Shown: positions 1 to 12,096 of the stretch, one piece after another
Numbering within the stretch: the stretch's first letter is position 1
How the letters are laid out: the number at the start of each line of letters is the position of its first letter
Assembly (NCBI GenBank): GCA_963726195.1
Contig: CAVSBO010000008.1
Location: 112,276 to 176,275 of the forward strand
Reading direction: 5' to 3'
DNA: 64,000 bases
From: Candidatus Thorarchaeota archaeon
GTDB lineage: Archaea; Asgardarchaeota; Thorarchaeia; Thorarchaeales; Thorarchaeaceae
Made by a program: the position numbers and the translations under genes
The notes under the pieces: model-generated
What the model was told of the DNA's origin: nothing
Seen by the model: the letters and a program-made list of their open reading frames with translations, nothing else
Database searches by the model: none

Positions 1-54
1 ACGCTATATGGCAACAATCTGTTCCTTGCTGTAATCGTTGCCATCACGAGAATC

Positions 55-1393
55 ATGGATGACCCCGTTGATCTGGGGATACTCCCACTATGGAGAGCAG
101 TTGCAGAATGGGAGCTCTATCAGATGGGTTTCAAGCCCGCAGAGAGGCCGCCATACATGGCTCGTTCCAGATACGACTTCGCGTCAATCTATGGCAACCT
201 GCTGTTCCGGACAAGGAACCTCGTATCTCAGAAACAGAAATCACAGGCCGCACCGAAGAGGCCTCAGGCATATCAGTATAGAGAGGGGATACTTGTCGGT
301 AAAGAGGGGTCGTCCTGCTGGCTCCTGTTCAAAGCGGATGATGGAAGGGTTGTATGCGGGTTGCTAGAGGACCCCGGTGGCAGGCTGGGCATAGGTTGGT
401 ATCGATGTTCTACCAATCCTGCGCAGATGTCTGAGGCTGCTGAGGACACTCTTCACGGGAGCAACGACGACATTCAGATGCACTTGGCCGTGACCACCGT
501 GGGCAAATCCGAGATACTCTGGCAGCGGCACGAAGAAGGCACCGGTGGCTGGATGCTTCTGGGACGACTTGAGTATCAGATTAACGAACGAGAGGGAGTC
601 GCAACCATACCGTGGCTGAAGACATCAGAACCGGATTTGAAGACCTCGCTAGGCCTATCTGAGAGCATGCCCGTAGGTGTACCATCCTCAGAGTCAACGT
701 CGCGGCTACTAACCCCTCTCAAGAAAATAGCAGAGTGGAATGTCGAAGTCAAGAGTGTGAAGTGTGAGGTCTCATTGGACACTAGGAAAAGAGCGTATGT
801 CATTACATTTCGCAATCCTGAACTGCCCAGCCAGTGAAGTCTACGAGAGTTTTGAGAGCGCAGACACCCTTGAAATCGTGTCCGTACTGAGGTCGCCCGT
901 GACAGGAAAACAACAGGTGATCACAAAGGAAGGAGCAGTCCTCACTTGGGACCATCTGAAGGATATCGACTATGGGGTCGCAACAGTTCCAACTCGAGAT
1001 GGTGAGGCAGATATCAGCCTGTCATTCCTCAGACCTCTTGTCCATCGCAGTCGGTTCTTTGCCGGAGATTATGTGGTTCCATACAATGCGACTCAGCTGT
1101 TCACTCTTAGAGAGGGACCGCCTGTGACGATCAGAGTCCTCCCGTGGGACAGAAAACAAAGTGACTATGACCTCAGACGACTCAGGGTCACCATTGATGG
1201 ACTCAACGAGGACTCTGGCTTGAAGGGTCTCGAGGATAGAATGATGAAAGTCCGGGATGTCGCTCTGCTGACGGACTGCGAGCACTCATCGATGTCAGGT
1301 CAGGTCTGGTACATCCCGTACGAGTTAACGTCAGAAAGGTGGTCGGGCTTAAGTCTCCTGAGGACATATCAGATTCCCGACTTGTGGAGCTGA
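55..1393 (+). pseudogene. Hypothetical protein split over two frames (ORFs 55..837 and 764..1393). The junction is consistent with a 1-bp indel in the CCC run near 825
   Basis: The frame-1 ORF ends ...TFRNPELPSQ*. The frame-2 ORF continues through the same nucleotides as ...NCPASEVYESFESADTLEIV. Deleting one C from 'ctgcccagc' joins them as ...NPELPASEVYESF. I see no recognisable domain. Confidence 0.35.
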
Positions 1394-1402
1394 CTTTCGG
1401 AG

Positions 1403-1783
1403 TTGGAGGAGGAGAGCCATGATTCAGATGAGGAGTCAGAGTCTTACTCAGACGAGAAGCAAGAGAAGAGTTCCAAAGCGGAACAACGTCAAATGGTCTT
1501 CGTGTCAGCCAATGTAATCGTTGGCAGGCGAATGACTGTCATAGAGTATCATGTAGACGTGACGTTGGCTCCGGTCGATGATACAAAAAGCGTGGAGGTG
1601 GGAGAACTCATGACAGTGAGGTGGGAGAAAGGCCGTACTGCAGCCAACTATGAGGGCTTAGCAGAAGAGATTAGTGCGAATCTCAGGAAACAGGGCGTGG
1701 TGGAAGGCGACCATGGGGAAGCCACCCGAGACATTATGGCTCTGCTGGAGAAGGCGGGCCTGCCGGTTCTGGAGGATGAGTAA
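1403..1783 (+). CDS. Hypothetical acidic protein. It is in the same frame as 764..1393, separated only by TGA at 1391-1393, so it may be the C-terminal part of the upstream gene.
   Basis: The ORF track shows a 126-aa ORF with a D/E/S-rich N-terminus (MEEESHDSDEESESYSDEKQEK). The frame relationship was computed from the coordinates. Confidence 0.35.
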   Translation: MEEESHDSDEESESYSDEKQEKSSKAEQRQMVFVSANVIVGRRMTVIEYHVDVTLAPVDDTKSVEVGELMTVRWEKGRTAANYEGLAEEISANLRKQGVVEGDHGEATRDIMALLEKAGLPVLEDE

Positions 1784-2015
1784 GAGGAAATGGTTGCAGT
1801 GCCAGATACTGTGAACCCAAGGCTGGCAGCCGCGGTTCCTCGATCACGACTTAGCCTATCCGACATTGTTACAACACGCTGCAGCATTCATCCGCCTTGG
1901 ATGTGTCCTCCATGTCCAAGATTGTCCAACTTCTAGGCAGTGGATACCCTTGAAGGGGCGCTCGATTTCAAGATCGGCAGCAGTTCGTGTGTCAGGAGAA
2001 AAGGAGCAAGGTAGT

Positions 2016-2399
2016 TCACTGCCAATGATCGTCGAAACCATCGACAGTTACCTCTCGCTTGTTGAAGACAGCGCCAGCATTGTTGTCTAGAACGTCAAGT
2101 CGCTCATGACTATTCTGAAACTCTTCTGCAAAACGACGTATCTCTTGCACAGAGGAGAGGTCACAAATCATGAGTTCGAGCGCATTGTTGCCGGTTGTCT
2201 TAGCGATTTCCGCACGCGCTTGTTCGCCTCGCTCTCTGTTTCTAACAACCATAACTACATTGGCATCCATCCGAGCCAATGCTCTGGCCGTCTCTTTTCC
2301 TATCCCTGAGTTGCTGCCGGTGACTACGCAGACCTTGTTTGTCATGAGTCCCATTCTCTCTGCTCCCAGTACACTACTCGTGTTCTGTTGGTGCTTCAT
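2016..2399 (-). pseudogene. Short-chain dehydrogenase/reductase (SDR) family. Only the N-terminal Rossmann part is intact; the C-terminal part is displaced into another frame and then hits stops.
   Basis: TGSNSGIGKETA is the SDR glycine-rich NAD(P)-binding motif, and NNAG is also present. The ORF stops after ~127 aa (SDRs are ~250 aa). The next conserved block (AVNYLAPFLLTHELLPILKSSAPSRV, which resembles the GVNHLGHFLLT...SAPSRIV block) lies in the +2 frame just downstream and is followed by stops. Confidence 0.6.
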
Positions 2400-2519
2400 G
2401 AAACCAATAACACGGATTATCAGAATCGCAACGGATTTCCTATGATTCCGTTATTGTAGTATCGATAGGGCCTTTTCCGTGCGTCGAGAGGTTGCACTCA
2501 TAATTGTCACTCTAATCCA

Positions 2520-4103
<1,584 letters not shown>

Positions 4104-4734
4104 TATTCACGAATCCACCATTCGGGACTAAGATACCGGTTGATGACCAGAGAATCCTTCAGCAGTTCGAACTTGCTAGGCAATGGATAGGTGGAAAGGG
4201 AGACCTTGGACGGTGACGGAGAGGATGCATAGGAGCGTTCCTCCAGAGATTCTCTTCATTGAGAGATGTGTGAAATGGACTATTCCTGGCGCGGGAAGAG
4301 ACGCCATCGTTTTAGACAGGGATTCTGGCAAACAGAAACACGACTTACGTTCGCCAATGGATTCTCCAAAACTGCGAGGTTCGCAAGCGTTCATGTGTCA
4401 TAGAATGCTCCCCAAGACGGTGAAACTAGTTTCTTTCTGTAGGTTCCCGAGAAAGAACAGGCTAGAGCATTGGCCGGCGAGTGTCCTTCCTACAAGACTT
4501 TCTTTGCAGTGGCGGAACATGTTGGAAAAGACAAAAGGGGGAATCCAGTCTTTCGAAGAGATGAACGAGGGCGCATCGTGACTGTCAGACAGGAGCGTTC
4601 CATTCAAAATGAGCGATTCAGCCAGACGGGCACCGAGAAGTATGTGGAGGTCCCAGTACTGGATGATGATTGGCCGCTGATAGCCGAAGCATTCAGAAAC
4701 GAGAAACTACAATCTAGTCGCCAGTGATTCAGAG

Positions 4735-6147
4735 ATGAGGACCAGCGTAGACGTATCAAAGCATATCGATGAGATGAGTTCACGACTGGACGCAGGACAC
4801 TATCTCTCGGTTGGATATCGCAATGTTGGCTGTCCGCTGTCAGCCACTGCTTCTGAGTCGATTCAGGCAATAGAATCCTTCCCCGAACACACCCAGTTGA
4901 GCGAAGTCGTGAGGGGAATTGACATACTCCGAGATTCTCCAGAGTGTACGTTGATGAACAAAAGGGGGCCCCATTCCTTTCTGGCACAGATATTACGAGA
5001 ACATACAGTCCGCGAATAAAATACCTGTCCTTGGAGGCCCACAGGAATTTGTTACCTCGGCTGACAATCCGGAAGGGAATGATTCTCGTATCATTGGCTC
5101 AGTAACTTTATAAGCCGGACAGCCTTGGTTGGCGAATACTGGAATGGTTGGACTGCAAGTCAGCATGTCCTTAGAATAAGAGTCGACGATGATTGTTTGA
5201 ACGCGGGGTATCTATATGCATTCTTGTGTACCGAGTATGCACAGTCCCAGATTAGTAGAGAGATTCACGGGTCAGTTGTTGACGAAATCAATGAGGTTCA
5301 AATGGGAAATGTTCTGCTACCGATTCCTGACAAGCGGATTCAGGCCTCAATTGCAAAGCTGGCATGCGACGGAGTCGCTAGGTTGGATTATTTTCGGTCC
5401 ACGACCCAGAAAGCTACTCAGACAATATCAGCAGAAACTGGCGTGGATATGCATCTGGCTGATAGCAAATGGCACGTACTAGAGTCCAATGCGGTACGCG
5501 ACCGACTTGATGCGACACACTACATGCGAGCAGCCTTAGAGATTGAAAGGATGATGGCCAGTCAATCGTCTGAAAAGGTAGGAAGACTCGCAAGTGTCTT
5601 TCTGGCACCCAGATTCAGGCGCTTCTACGTGGATTATAGCAATGGAATTCCATTCCTCTCCGGAAAGAGCATATTGCAGGTATTTCCGACGCCACTGCAG
5701 TACCTTTCACGTGACTTGCATGCTGACCTCATTCCTCTTCTAGAAGTCAAAAAGGGAACCATTCTGGTCACATGTTCTGGGACAGTCGGGAATATCGGAA
5801 TGGTATGGAATCAATGGAATGGATGGGCTGCCTCTCAGCACATTCTGCGGGTAACACCCTCATCCGAACATATCCATCCCGGATTCCTCTATGCATTTCT
5901 GATGAGTCCGTGTGCCCAGCTGCAGATAGCGAAGCAAGTTCACGGCTCGGTCATCGATGAGATTACAGACTACCAGCTGGGCGAGCTTCTTGTGCCCCTG
6001 ATTCAGTGGGAGAAACAGAAGGAGATTGGGGAAAAAATACATCTGGCGCTGGATGCGCTCGACGAGGCGCGTTCTCTGATTTCCGCAGCAGTGGATGGCG
6101 CCGCCTCGGGGATTATGGAGGCCGTTCGGCCTCTCCAATCATTATGA
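4735..6147 (+). pseudogene. hsdS: Type I restriction-modification specificity subunit (HsdS-like). It has two target-recognition halves, is interrupted by in-frame stops at 5017-5019 and 5080-5082, and has no HsdM/HsdR neighbour in the window.
   Basis: ORFs 4735..5019 and 5125..6147 are in the same frame. Motifs recur in both halves: RLDAGHY / RLDATHY, GW(T/A)ASQH(V/I)LR(I/V), (Y/F)LYAFL, and LLPIPDKRIQASIAKL / LLVPLIQWEKQKEIGEKI. The last pair resembles the HsdS conserved 'LPxPPLxEQxxI' spacer that follows each recognition domain. The second ORF starts with TTG. Confidence 0.5.
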
Positions 6148-6294
6148 TGGTATGATGATTTCGGCTTCACAAGAATCAGGTTGCAACCAGAGGCCGATCG
6201 AAGATGACGGTCTCATGAGGGGGCCCCTGAGATGTGTTAGGCATGGCGAGAAGAAATCTCGTTACATCGACTTCTGCTTTGACTCTTCTCACTA

Positions 6295-7158
6295 ATGGTA
6301 AGACGTGCAAATCCAAGGATGGCCCTTGCCGAAGGCACATACCTTATAAACGAATTGTGCCCAACGTTGGGCGGATGTCAAACGTTCAACATAACCGGTG
6401 CGTTTGACAACTGTTGTTTAGAGGCTAAGTCAATGTCCACAAATTACGGTACAGTCTTCGACGACCTGAAGTCAAGCTTCGGGCTGGCAAAGCACAACAT
6501 ACTGAGTTACCTTCTCGCCAACTTGGGAATGGCAATAGTCTTGATTGTTCTGCTTGTACTGGTCATGATTCCAGTTGCCATCATCGCTATGACCGCCTAC
6601 GGCGTCATGGGTCCCGGCTTTGGTCCTATGATGGTTACCTGGGCAGTGCAGAATCCCCTAGTAATTGGCGGGACTGCAATCTTAGTCGTAATCCCTATCG
6701 TATCCATCTTTCTGGTGGTTGTCGGTTCAATCTATGGGATGACTAATGATCTTGTCACTACTGGAGAAACCAAAGCAGAGAACGCTTTCTCCCATCTTCG
6801 GGCCAAGTTCATCTCGTTCATCAGCGCTGGTGCCATGCTGACCATAGTAATCGTTGTCCCGCAGTTGGTAGTGTGGGGCTTGGCATCAAACATGTTTGCA
6901 TACACTATGGTTGGTCTACCACAATACATTCTGGCTGCCTTTTCGTTTGTGTGGACCTTCATCACAGTAGGCCTGACATCGATGGTTTTTCCGGCGGTTG
7001 TTAGCGGAAAGGGCGTGCAGGAAGCCTTCCATGAGTCATTCAAGCTTGCTACGCAGCGCTTCGACCGTGTCTTCGGCCTGCTGACATCAATCGTGGTGCT
7101 AGCCGCCGCGACGCTTGCCCCAATGATGATCTGGGGGTTGCAAGCGGATGGACCATGA
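6295..7158 (+). CDS. Polytopic integral membrane protein, paralogous to 7439..8335
   Basis: The protein has 6-7 hydrophobic helices. Its architecture resembles 7439..8335: N-terminal helix, GxG-rich loops and C-terminal helices. Confidence 0.5.
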   Translation: MVRRANPRMALAEGTYLINELCPTLGGCQTFNITGAFDNCCLEAKSMSTNYGTVFDDLKSSFGLAKHNILSYLLANLGMAIVLIVLLVLVMIPVAIIAMTAYGVMGPGFGPMMVTWAVQNPLVIGGTAILVVIPIVSIFLVVVGSIYGMTNDLVTTGETKAENAFSHLRAKFISFISAGAMLTIVIVVPQLVVWGLASNMFAYTMVGLPQYILAAFSFVWTFITVGLTSMVFPAVVSGKGVQEAFHESFKLATQRFDRVFGLLTSIVVLAAATLAPMMIWGLQADGP

Positions 7159-7340
7159 ATCCGTTTAGTCCAGTGCAGTTAGGAATGGTGGCAATCGTCG
7201 GAGTCTGGACTCTGTTCGTCCTTCTCATGTGGGCTCTGGTTCTCTATCCGATGGTAATCATCGCATTCGTAAGAGTCTACCACGAACTCACCGACGGACA
7301 GGTTGCGCCTGCTCGCCAAGCCGAAATACCAATCGCATGA
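7155..7340 (+). CDS. Small two-helix membrane protein. Its start overlaps the upstream stop (ATGA).
   Basis: The 61-aa hydrophobic ORF is translationally coupled to 6295..7158. Confidence 0.3.
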   Translation: MNPFSPVQLGMVAIVGVWTLFVLLMWALVLYPMVIIAFVRVYHELTDGQVAPARQAEIPIA

Positions 7341-7438
7341 ACAGAAGAGAAACGAGAGTGCCAACCATCACGGCACTCTCAAACCATTCAATGTAGGTGA
7401 TTAAGAAATGAAGGAGTCAAGTTTCGGAGTTCTAAAGG

Positions 7439-8335
7439 ATGACTTGGGCATTAGTTTCAGATTTGCAGCTGAGGAACATCATTTCGTTTGTCTTGGGAAT
7501 GCTGGGCGTTCTGGTTGTGGCTTTTACTCTCATGATGGTGTTAGCGATGATTATATTCGTTCCCATCGTATTGGGCCTAATCTCAGGATTGGGAATGGAG
7601 GGAATGATTCAGTTCTTCACATCTTTCGCGACGACTTGGTCCACTCCCCAAGGGGCCCTGATGTTTGGTGCGTTCATGCTACTTGCAATGTTCATTCTTG
7701 GTCCTTTCTTTGTTGCCTTTGGCGCACTCTTCGGTATGGCTCGGGAAATAGTCGAAAGCGAGGGAACAACTGCCGGGGGCGTTTTTGCGTGGTACAGAAA
7801 GAGGTTCTTCTCTCTTGCAGGAGGCGGAATCATTCTTTTCACCATTGTCTTGGGGCCGATGATACCGTTGTTCATATGGGTCCCTGGCTTCGCTACCGGC
7901 TCATTCGTTGGGCCTACTGCTGCTATACTCACAGCTGCTTTCACCCTCTGGGTCATTGTAAGCGCCGGAATGCTGTCGCTGCTATTCCCTGGGATAATCG
8001 ATGGGCTTTCTGCGCTGGGTGCAGCGAAGCAATCTCTCAGATTGAGTTGGCGATACTTCGACCGGGTCTTCAGCACGTGGTTGTCTTTCGTCGGGATTCT
8101 CCTAGTTACGTTTGTTCCGGCTATAGTTGTGCCCATGTTTCTAGGGTACAGTGGTCCTTGGGTTGCTGCCTTAGGCACGTTTTCGGGTATCATGGCCATA
8201 GTAGACGTGGTTCTGGTTGTGCCAGCAATGGCAATCGCGCTGAGCAGAGTGTACTTGATTCTCACAGACAACGTTGGAGGAGCCGATACTGTTTCCTCGG
8301 AGCGACCTGACTTCAGACTTGTTGGTGGTGTCTAA
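7439..8335 (+). CDS. Polytopic integral membrane protein, paralogous to 6295..7158
   Basis: The protein has ~8 predicted TM helices. Alternative-frame ORFs 7408..8310 (+) and 7609..8271 (-) are compositional shadows that are Cys- and Arg-rich with no domain. Confidence 0.5.
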   Translation: MTWALVSDLQLRNIISFVLGMLGVLVVAFTLMMVLAMIIFVPIVLGLISGLGMEGMIQFFTSFATTWSTPQGALMFGAFMLLAMFILGPFFVAFGALFGMAREIVESEGTTAGGVFAWYRKRFFSLAGGGIILFTIVLGPMIPLFIWVPGFATGSFVGPTAAILTAAFTLWVIVSAGMLSLLFPGIIDGLSALGAAKQSLRLSWRYFDRVFSTWLSFVGILLVTFVPAIVVPMFLGYSGPWVAALGTFSGIMAIVDVVLVVPAMAIALSRVYLILTDNVGGADTVSSERPDFRLVGGV

Positions 8336-8337
8336 GA

Positions 8338-8982
8338 GTGGAGCAACCACAGCGAGTAGAGCCGATGAAGGACCTTGAGGTCATAACCGACCCCAGCGTC
8401 TTCAAGGTTCTGCTTGAGCCAGTAAGAGCTGACATTGTGTTCAAGTTCTTGGTCAATGGCGCGATGACTGTCAAGCAGCTGGCAGATGCGCTCGGCAAGA
8501 ACCCCGGGACTATACTGCATCATATAGATGCGCTGAAGAAAGCAGGGTTAGTTGTCCAAGAACGAACACAACTCACGCCAACAGGAATAGTTCAACGTTA
8601 CTATCGTGCTACCGCAAGAGAGTACCGCATGGGTCTTGGTGAGATGATGCAGGCGGATGATGGAGTAGCACGTTTCGCAAAGGAACGTCTCAAGTCTACG
8701 GTCTCGTGTCTCTCGGCTTATGGCATTGAGATACCAGAGTCTCAGAGTGAACGGGCCATAGACATGCTCGGTCGACTGATCGAACGAGAGAACGTGGTAA
8801 CTTCGAATATTCCTATCTTGGATGAGAAGGCGTACCGCAAGCTCCCTTCTTCAGTCAGGAGTGACGCATCGCGAATCATGCGTCGGTTTGCATTGGAAGA
8901 GGATTCGCAATATCGAGACCTGAGAAAGAAGTGGCACAGCTTCCTTCGGTCAAATCAAAAAGGTGGTATGAAGAATGAGTGA
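8338..8982 (+). CDS. ArsR-family winged-helix transcriptional regulator with a ~120-aa C-terminal extension
   Basis: VFKVLLEPVRADIVFKFL...MTVKQLADALGKNPGTILHHIDALKKAGLVV matches the ArsR/SmtB HTH consensus (xxHHLxxLxxAGLV). Confidence 0.7.
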   Translation: MEQPQRVEPMKDLEVITDPSVFKVLLEPVRADIVFKFLVNGAMTVKQLADALGKNPGTILHHIDALKKAGLVVQERTQLTPTGIVQRYYRATAREYRMGLGEMMQADDGVARFAKERLKSTVSCLSAYGIEIPESQSERAIDMLGRLIERENVVTSNIPILDEKAYRKLPSSVRSDASRIMRRFALEEDSQYRDLRKKWHSFLRSNQKGGMKNE

Positions 8983-9733
8983 ATATCATAGGAATACGGG
9001 AATGGTTGTATGTATAATCGCAGTACTTGCGGTCGGAGCAATCACCGTGGGTGGTCTGACATACTTAGGCTCGACTGGATGGTGGGGAAACTTCAATCCA
9101 GCGAAAACTACCTTCACATTCCATGCTGACGTGGGCAACACCACGGGGGCAGTGCTTCTCGACGTGAAGCTGGCGGCCGGAGGTCTCACCCTGCAATTCG
9201 TTGACAATTCTTCACTTCTGTACAGGATGTCAGTCGTAGTGCAGAACAGCACTCTACAACAATACGGTCCTCCGGCAGTCACCTTCGCTGGAAACAAGAT
9301 TGCTCTTGACTACACAGCCGCGGGTGTAAACGTCACCCTAGGTACTGGTGTGAGGTATGCCATTCATGGAAACGTGACCGCAGGTGGCATCTCAGCCACT
9401 CTGAATCATGGAGCACGCCTAGCCAATATGTCATTGACCTCATCGGCCGGAGGTATCACAGTTGTGACGACCAATCAGATTGTGGTCACAGGAAACGTTC
9501 CGGTTGACCTACACACGACTGCTGGCGGCATTTCCGTTAACGTTGGTCTTCCCACCGGCGTAGGGGGTAGCTTCGACGCCACAGTCACCGCGGGAGGCAT
9601 CAGCGTGAACGCCCCAAGCTGGACTCACGTGACACAGAATCACTATGAAACAGCCAACTACAACTCAGCATCAGACAAAGTGACTATAACAGCTGCCACA
9701 AACTCCGGCGGAATATCCGCGAATCTAAGCTAA
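8975..9733 (+). CDS. DUF4097-like (LiaG-type putative adhesin/beta-solenoid) protein with an N-terminal membrane anchor
   Basis: An N-terminal TM helix is followed by repeated '(V/T)TAGGIS(V/A)N' units that are typical of DUF4097 all-beta repeats. The ORF overlaps the ArsR stop by 8 nt. Confidence 0.55.
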   Translation: MSEYHRNTGMVVCIIAVLAVGAITVGGLTYLGSTGWWGNFNPAKTTFTFHADVGNTTGAVLLDVKLAAGGLTLQFVDNSSLLYRMSVVVQNSTLQQYGPPAVTFAGNKIALDYTAAGVNVTLGTGVRYAIHGNVTAGGISATLNHGARLANMSLTSSAGGITVVTTNQIVVTGNVPVDLHTTAGGISVNVGLPTGVGGSFDATVTAGGISVNAPSWTHVTQNHYETANYNSASDKVTITAATNSGGISANLS

Positions 9734-9799
9734 CCGTTGTTTGGAAGGGGAGGCTTTGGCTATGCCTCCTCACATTTTTCTTGTTTGGTTTCTGGCCAA

Positions 9800-10822
9800 C
9801 TAGGTGAGCTGACTGCGAACCATTTTGCTGGCAATGGCCTGCGCCTTGATTGCGTCTTCTGTCCCGAATGATGGTATCTTCCCGTGGAGTACGCAGTCGA
9901 CGAAGTAGGAGTCAATCTGATAATGACCCCACACTTTGGTTCCTTTTTCCTCGAACGTCCATTCTTCTTTCTCAAGGTTTTCCCCTATCAACGTCAATGA
10001 ATTGTTCGACTTTGCTTGCAGTGTCTTGCCGTTGCTCCCATAGACCTCCAGAATACTCATCCCCATTCCCGGTGCGACAGTCGAACCATAATGCAATGTC
10101 CCAACAGCACCATCTGCCAGCTCGATGATACCCACTGTCTGATACCCCTTAAAGCTCTCAAGCCCATCTACCGGAGCATAGTTAGCCGCCCAATGAGCGT
10201 TCCTGATTTCGGTACCAAGAAGCCATCTGACAAGGTCAATGGACCACACTGAGAGGGTAAAATCGGGAAAGCCGCCGCTCTTCTTCGCGTCCCAAGCCCA
10301 CGACGTCGACGGCCATTGGTCTGCGAGATCCTTGGCCGCGATGAATTCCGTGAATGAGACCGCGATTGGTTTTCCGATGGCTCCTCGATCGATGAGGTCC
10401 TTCGCCATCACGAAGTTAGGTGTGAATCGGAAGTTGAGTACTGGCATCAATAGTACTCCCTTCTTCTCAGCCAGCAATCCCATTTTTCTCGCCTGAGGGA
10501 TCGTGGTTGCCAGAGGCATCTCGCAGAGAACGTGCTTGCCCCTTGAGATAGCTTGGGATGCCATCTCAAAATGCTCTGGTGTCGGTACTGCGAGCACGAC
10601 CGCATGAATCCTAGGGTCGTCCAGAGCCTCTGCGTAGTCAAGGTAGCAACAGAATCCGTGCTTCTCAGCGAGTTCCTTCGCCGCCTGCTCGCTCCTATGG
10701 CCGGGTCGACCAACTATGCCAACAACCTCTGCGCCTGGTATCTTTCTGAACGAAGGGACATGAGCACGTTCTCCCACGAAACCTAGTCCTGCAATAGCCA
10801 CCCCGATTTTCTTCTCTGACAT
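9800..10822 (-). CDS. Gfo/Idh/MocA-family NAD(P)-dependent oxidoreductase
   Basis: The N-terminal Rossmann motif is IGVAIAGLGFVGERAHVP and the 'EMPLA' box is present in ...HVLCEMPLATT. The ~340 aa length is typical. Confidence 0.85.
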   Translation of the reverse strand: MSEKKIGVAIAGLGFVGERAHVPSFRKIPGAEVVGIVGRPGHRSEQAAKELAEKHGFCCYLDYAEALDDPRIHAVVLAVPTPEHFEMASQAISRGKHVLCEMPLATTIPQARKMGLLAEKKGVLLMPVLNFRFTPNFVMAKDLIDRGAIGKPIAVSFTEFIAAKDLADQWPSTSWAWDAKKSGGFPDFTLSVWSIDLVRWLLGTEIRNAHWAANYAPVDGLESFKGYQTVGIIELADGAVGTLHYGSTVAPGMGMSILEVYGSNGKTLQAKSNNSLTLIGENLEKEEWTFEEKGTKVWGHYQIDSYFVDCVLHGKIPSFGTEDAIKAQAIASKMVRSQLT

Positions 10823-10936
10823 CCGTCCATCACTTCTTTCTTGAAATCCCTCAATAGACTAGGTAGCTCAATCTTCCTCTACACCTCAACGAAACATTGC
10901 AGGAGCCGGGTACATCCATTCAAGCCTCAAGAAGGG

Positions 10937-11638
10937 TCATGCCAGATGCACGGCGAACTTGCACTCCTTAGCCCCTGACACCACTGACTCTATGACCTCG
11001 ACTTTTGGCTTCTTGCCAAGATATGCCTGCCATATCTCCTCGACAAACCCTCTCGAGCATTGACAGTAGGTTCGCGATACTGTCTGGTCATTGGGAAGCC
11101 CCTTGAGCAGACCGCAGAAGCATCGCACTCCTTGGCCGAAGGAACTTGGCGTGAAGTAGTGGTAGACCATGTTACCTTTTCTTTCAATTCTGGAAGCCTT
11201 CCCGGCTGTCTTCTCCTCAGCTGCTAGGAAATCGTCCAGAGACTTGTACTTCTGTCGCTTCTTTCGGGCATTCTCTATGGTGCTTTTGTGTGCTTGCGCA
11301 CAGTCATGACCACACCTAACCATGATTTCGTTTCTGGTCTCAGGTTTCACGAGACTGTCAAGTCTGTTGATCGCACCTTTTACCCAGAGTGCCACATCCT
11401 CGCTGGAGGCCTTTTCAATCGTATCGCTACCTACCATGAACTTCTTTCGGACATCCTCTCCGGCCAGCAGAGAGATGTTCTTGGCTATCTCTTCAACCAT
11501 TCCCAGTTCACGTTTCGTCATATGGGCACCACCAGAGGCTCTTCGTGGAAGGTCGGCCATTCCCCTTTTTTGCTTATTCCCGACTCGAGCATTGTGCCAT
11601 ATGCATATGCTTATAACTAATGCACAATAGTTAACCAC
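10937..11638 (-). CDS. Cysteine-rich hypothetical protein; the real start is probably the internal MTKRELG
   Basis: The Cys cluster is CGHDCAQ...CFCG...YCQCSRGF. I do not confidently recognise a family. Confidence 0.45.
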   Translation of the reverse strand: MVNYCALVISICIWHNARVGNKQKRGMADLPRRASGGAHMTKRELGMVEEIAKNISLLAGEDVRKKFMVGSDTIEKASSEDVALWVKGAINRLDSLVKPETRNEIMVRCGHDCAQAHKSTIENARKKRQKYKSLDDFLAAEEKTAGKASRIERKGNMVYHYFTPSSFGQGVRCFCGLLKGLPNDQTVSRTYCQCSRGFVEEIWQAYLGKKPKVEVIESVVSGAKECKFAVHLA

Positions 11639-11664
11639 AGTGGATTGGAATCCACGGATGTGAA

Positions 11665-12072
11665 ATGATGAAGAACATAGTTGAGACAGTGACCGCAGCT
11701 GGAAGCTTCAAGACACTGCTGAAGGCTGCTCAGGCCGCAGGACTAGTGGACACTCTTACCAAGGGTGGACCTTTCACAGTCTTTGCACCAAGTGACGAAG
11801 CATTTGCAAAGCTGCCTGCTGGCACAATCGATGGATTGCTTAAGGACAAGAAGAAGCTGACTGCAGTACTGACCTATCACGTCGTACCCGGCAAGATCAT
11901 GGCAAAGGATGTCATGAAACTGAGAAAGGCGAAGACTGTTCAAGGTCAGGAGATAACAATCGACACAAAGGCTGGCGTTAAGGTGGACAATGCCAAGGTC
12001 GTCAAGACAGATATTGAGGCAACCAACGGCGTCATCCACGTCATTGACACAGTCATCATGCCGAAATTGTGA
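11665..12072 (+). CDS. Fasciclin (FAS1) domain protein
   Basis: Canonical FAS1 blocks are present: [10 protein letters not shown]...[10 protein letters not shown] and [13 protein letters not shown]. Confidence 0.85.
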   Translation: MMKNIVETVTAAGSFKTLLKAAQAAGLVDTLTKGGPFTVFAPSDEAFAKLPAGTIDGLLKDKKKLTAVLTYHVVPGKIMAKDVMKLRKAKTVQGQEITIDTKAGVKVDNAKVVKTDIEATNGVIHVIDTVIMPKL

Positions 12073-12096
12073 TAGCAGAGCTTTGAGAGATTCAGG

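Noticed and set aside
1391-1393. In-frame TGA between 764..1393 and 1403..1783 as selenocysteine or programmed read-through
   Set aside because: No SECIS-like structure is evident. The window contains many other apparent sequence lesions, so a point substitution or a genuine gene boundary is more parsimonious.
7408-8310. 300-aa ORF on + (Cys/Arg-rich) and 220-aa ORF on - (7609..8271) overlapping the membrane-protein gene 7439..8335
   Set aside because: They are shadow ORFs. Only the 7439..8335 frame gives coherent TM helices. The others have low-complexity Cys/Arg/Ser-rich composition.
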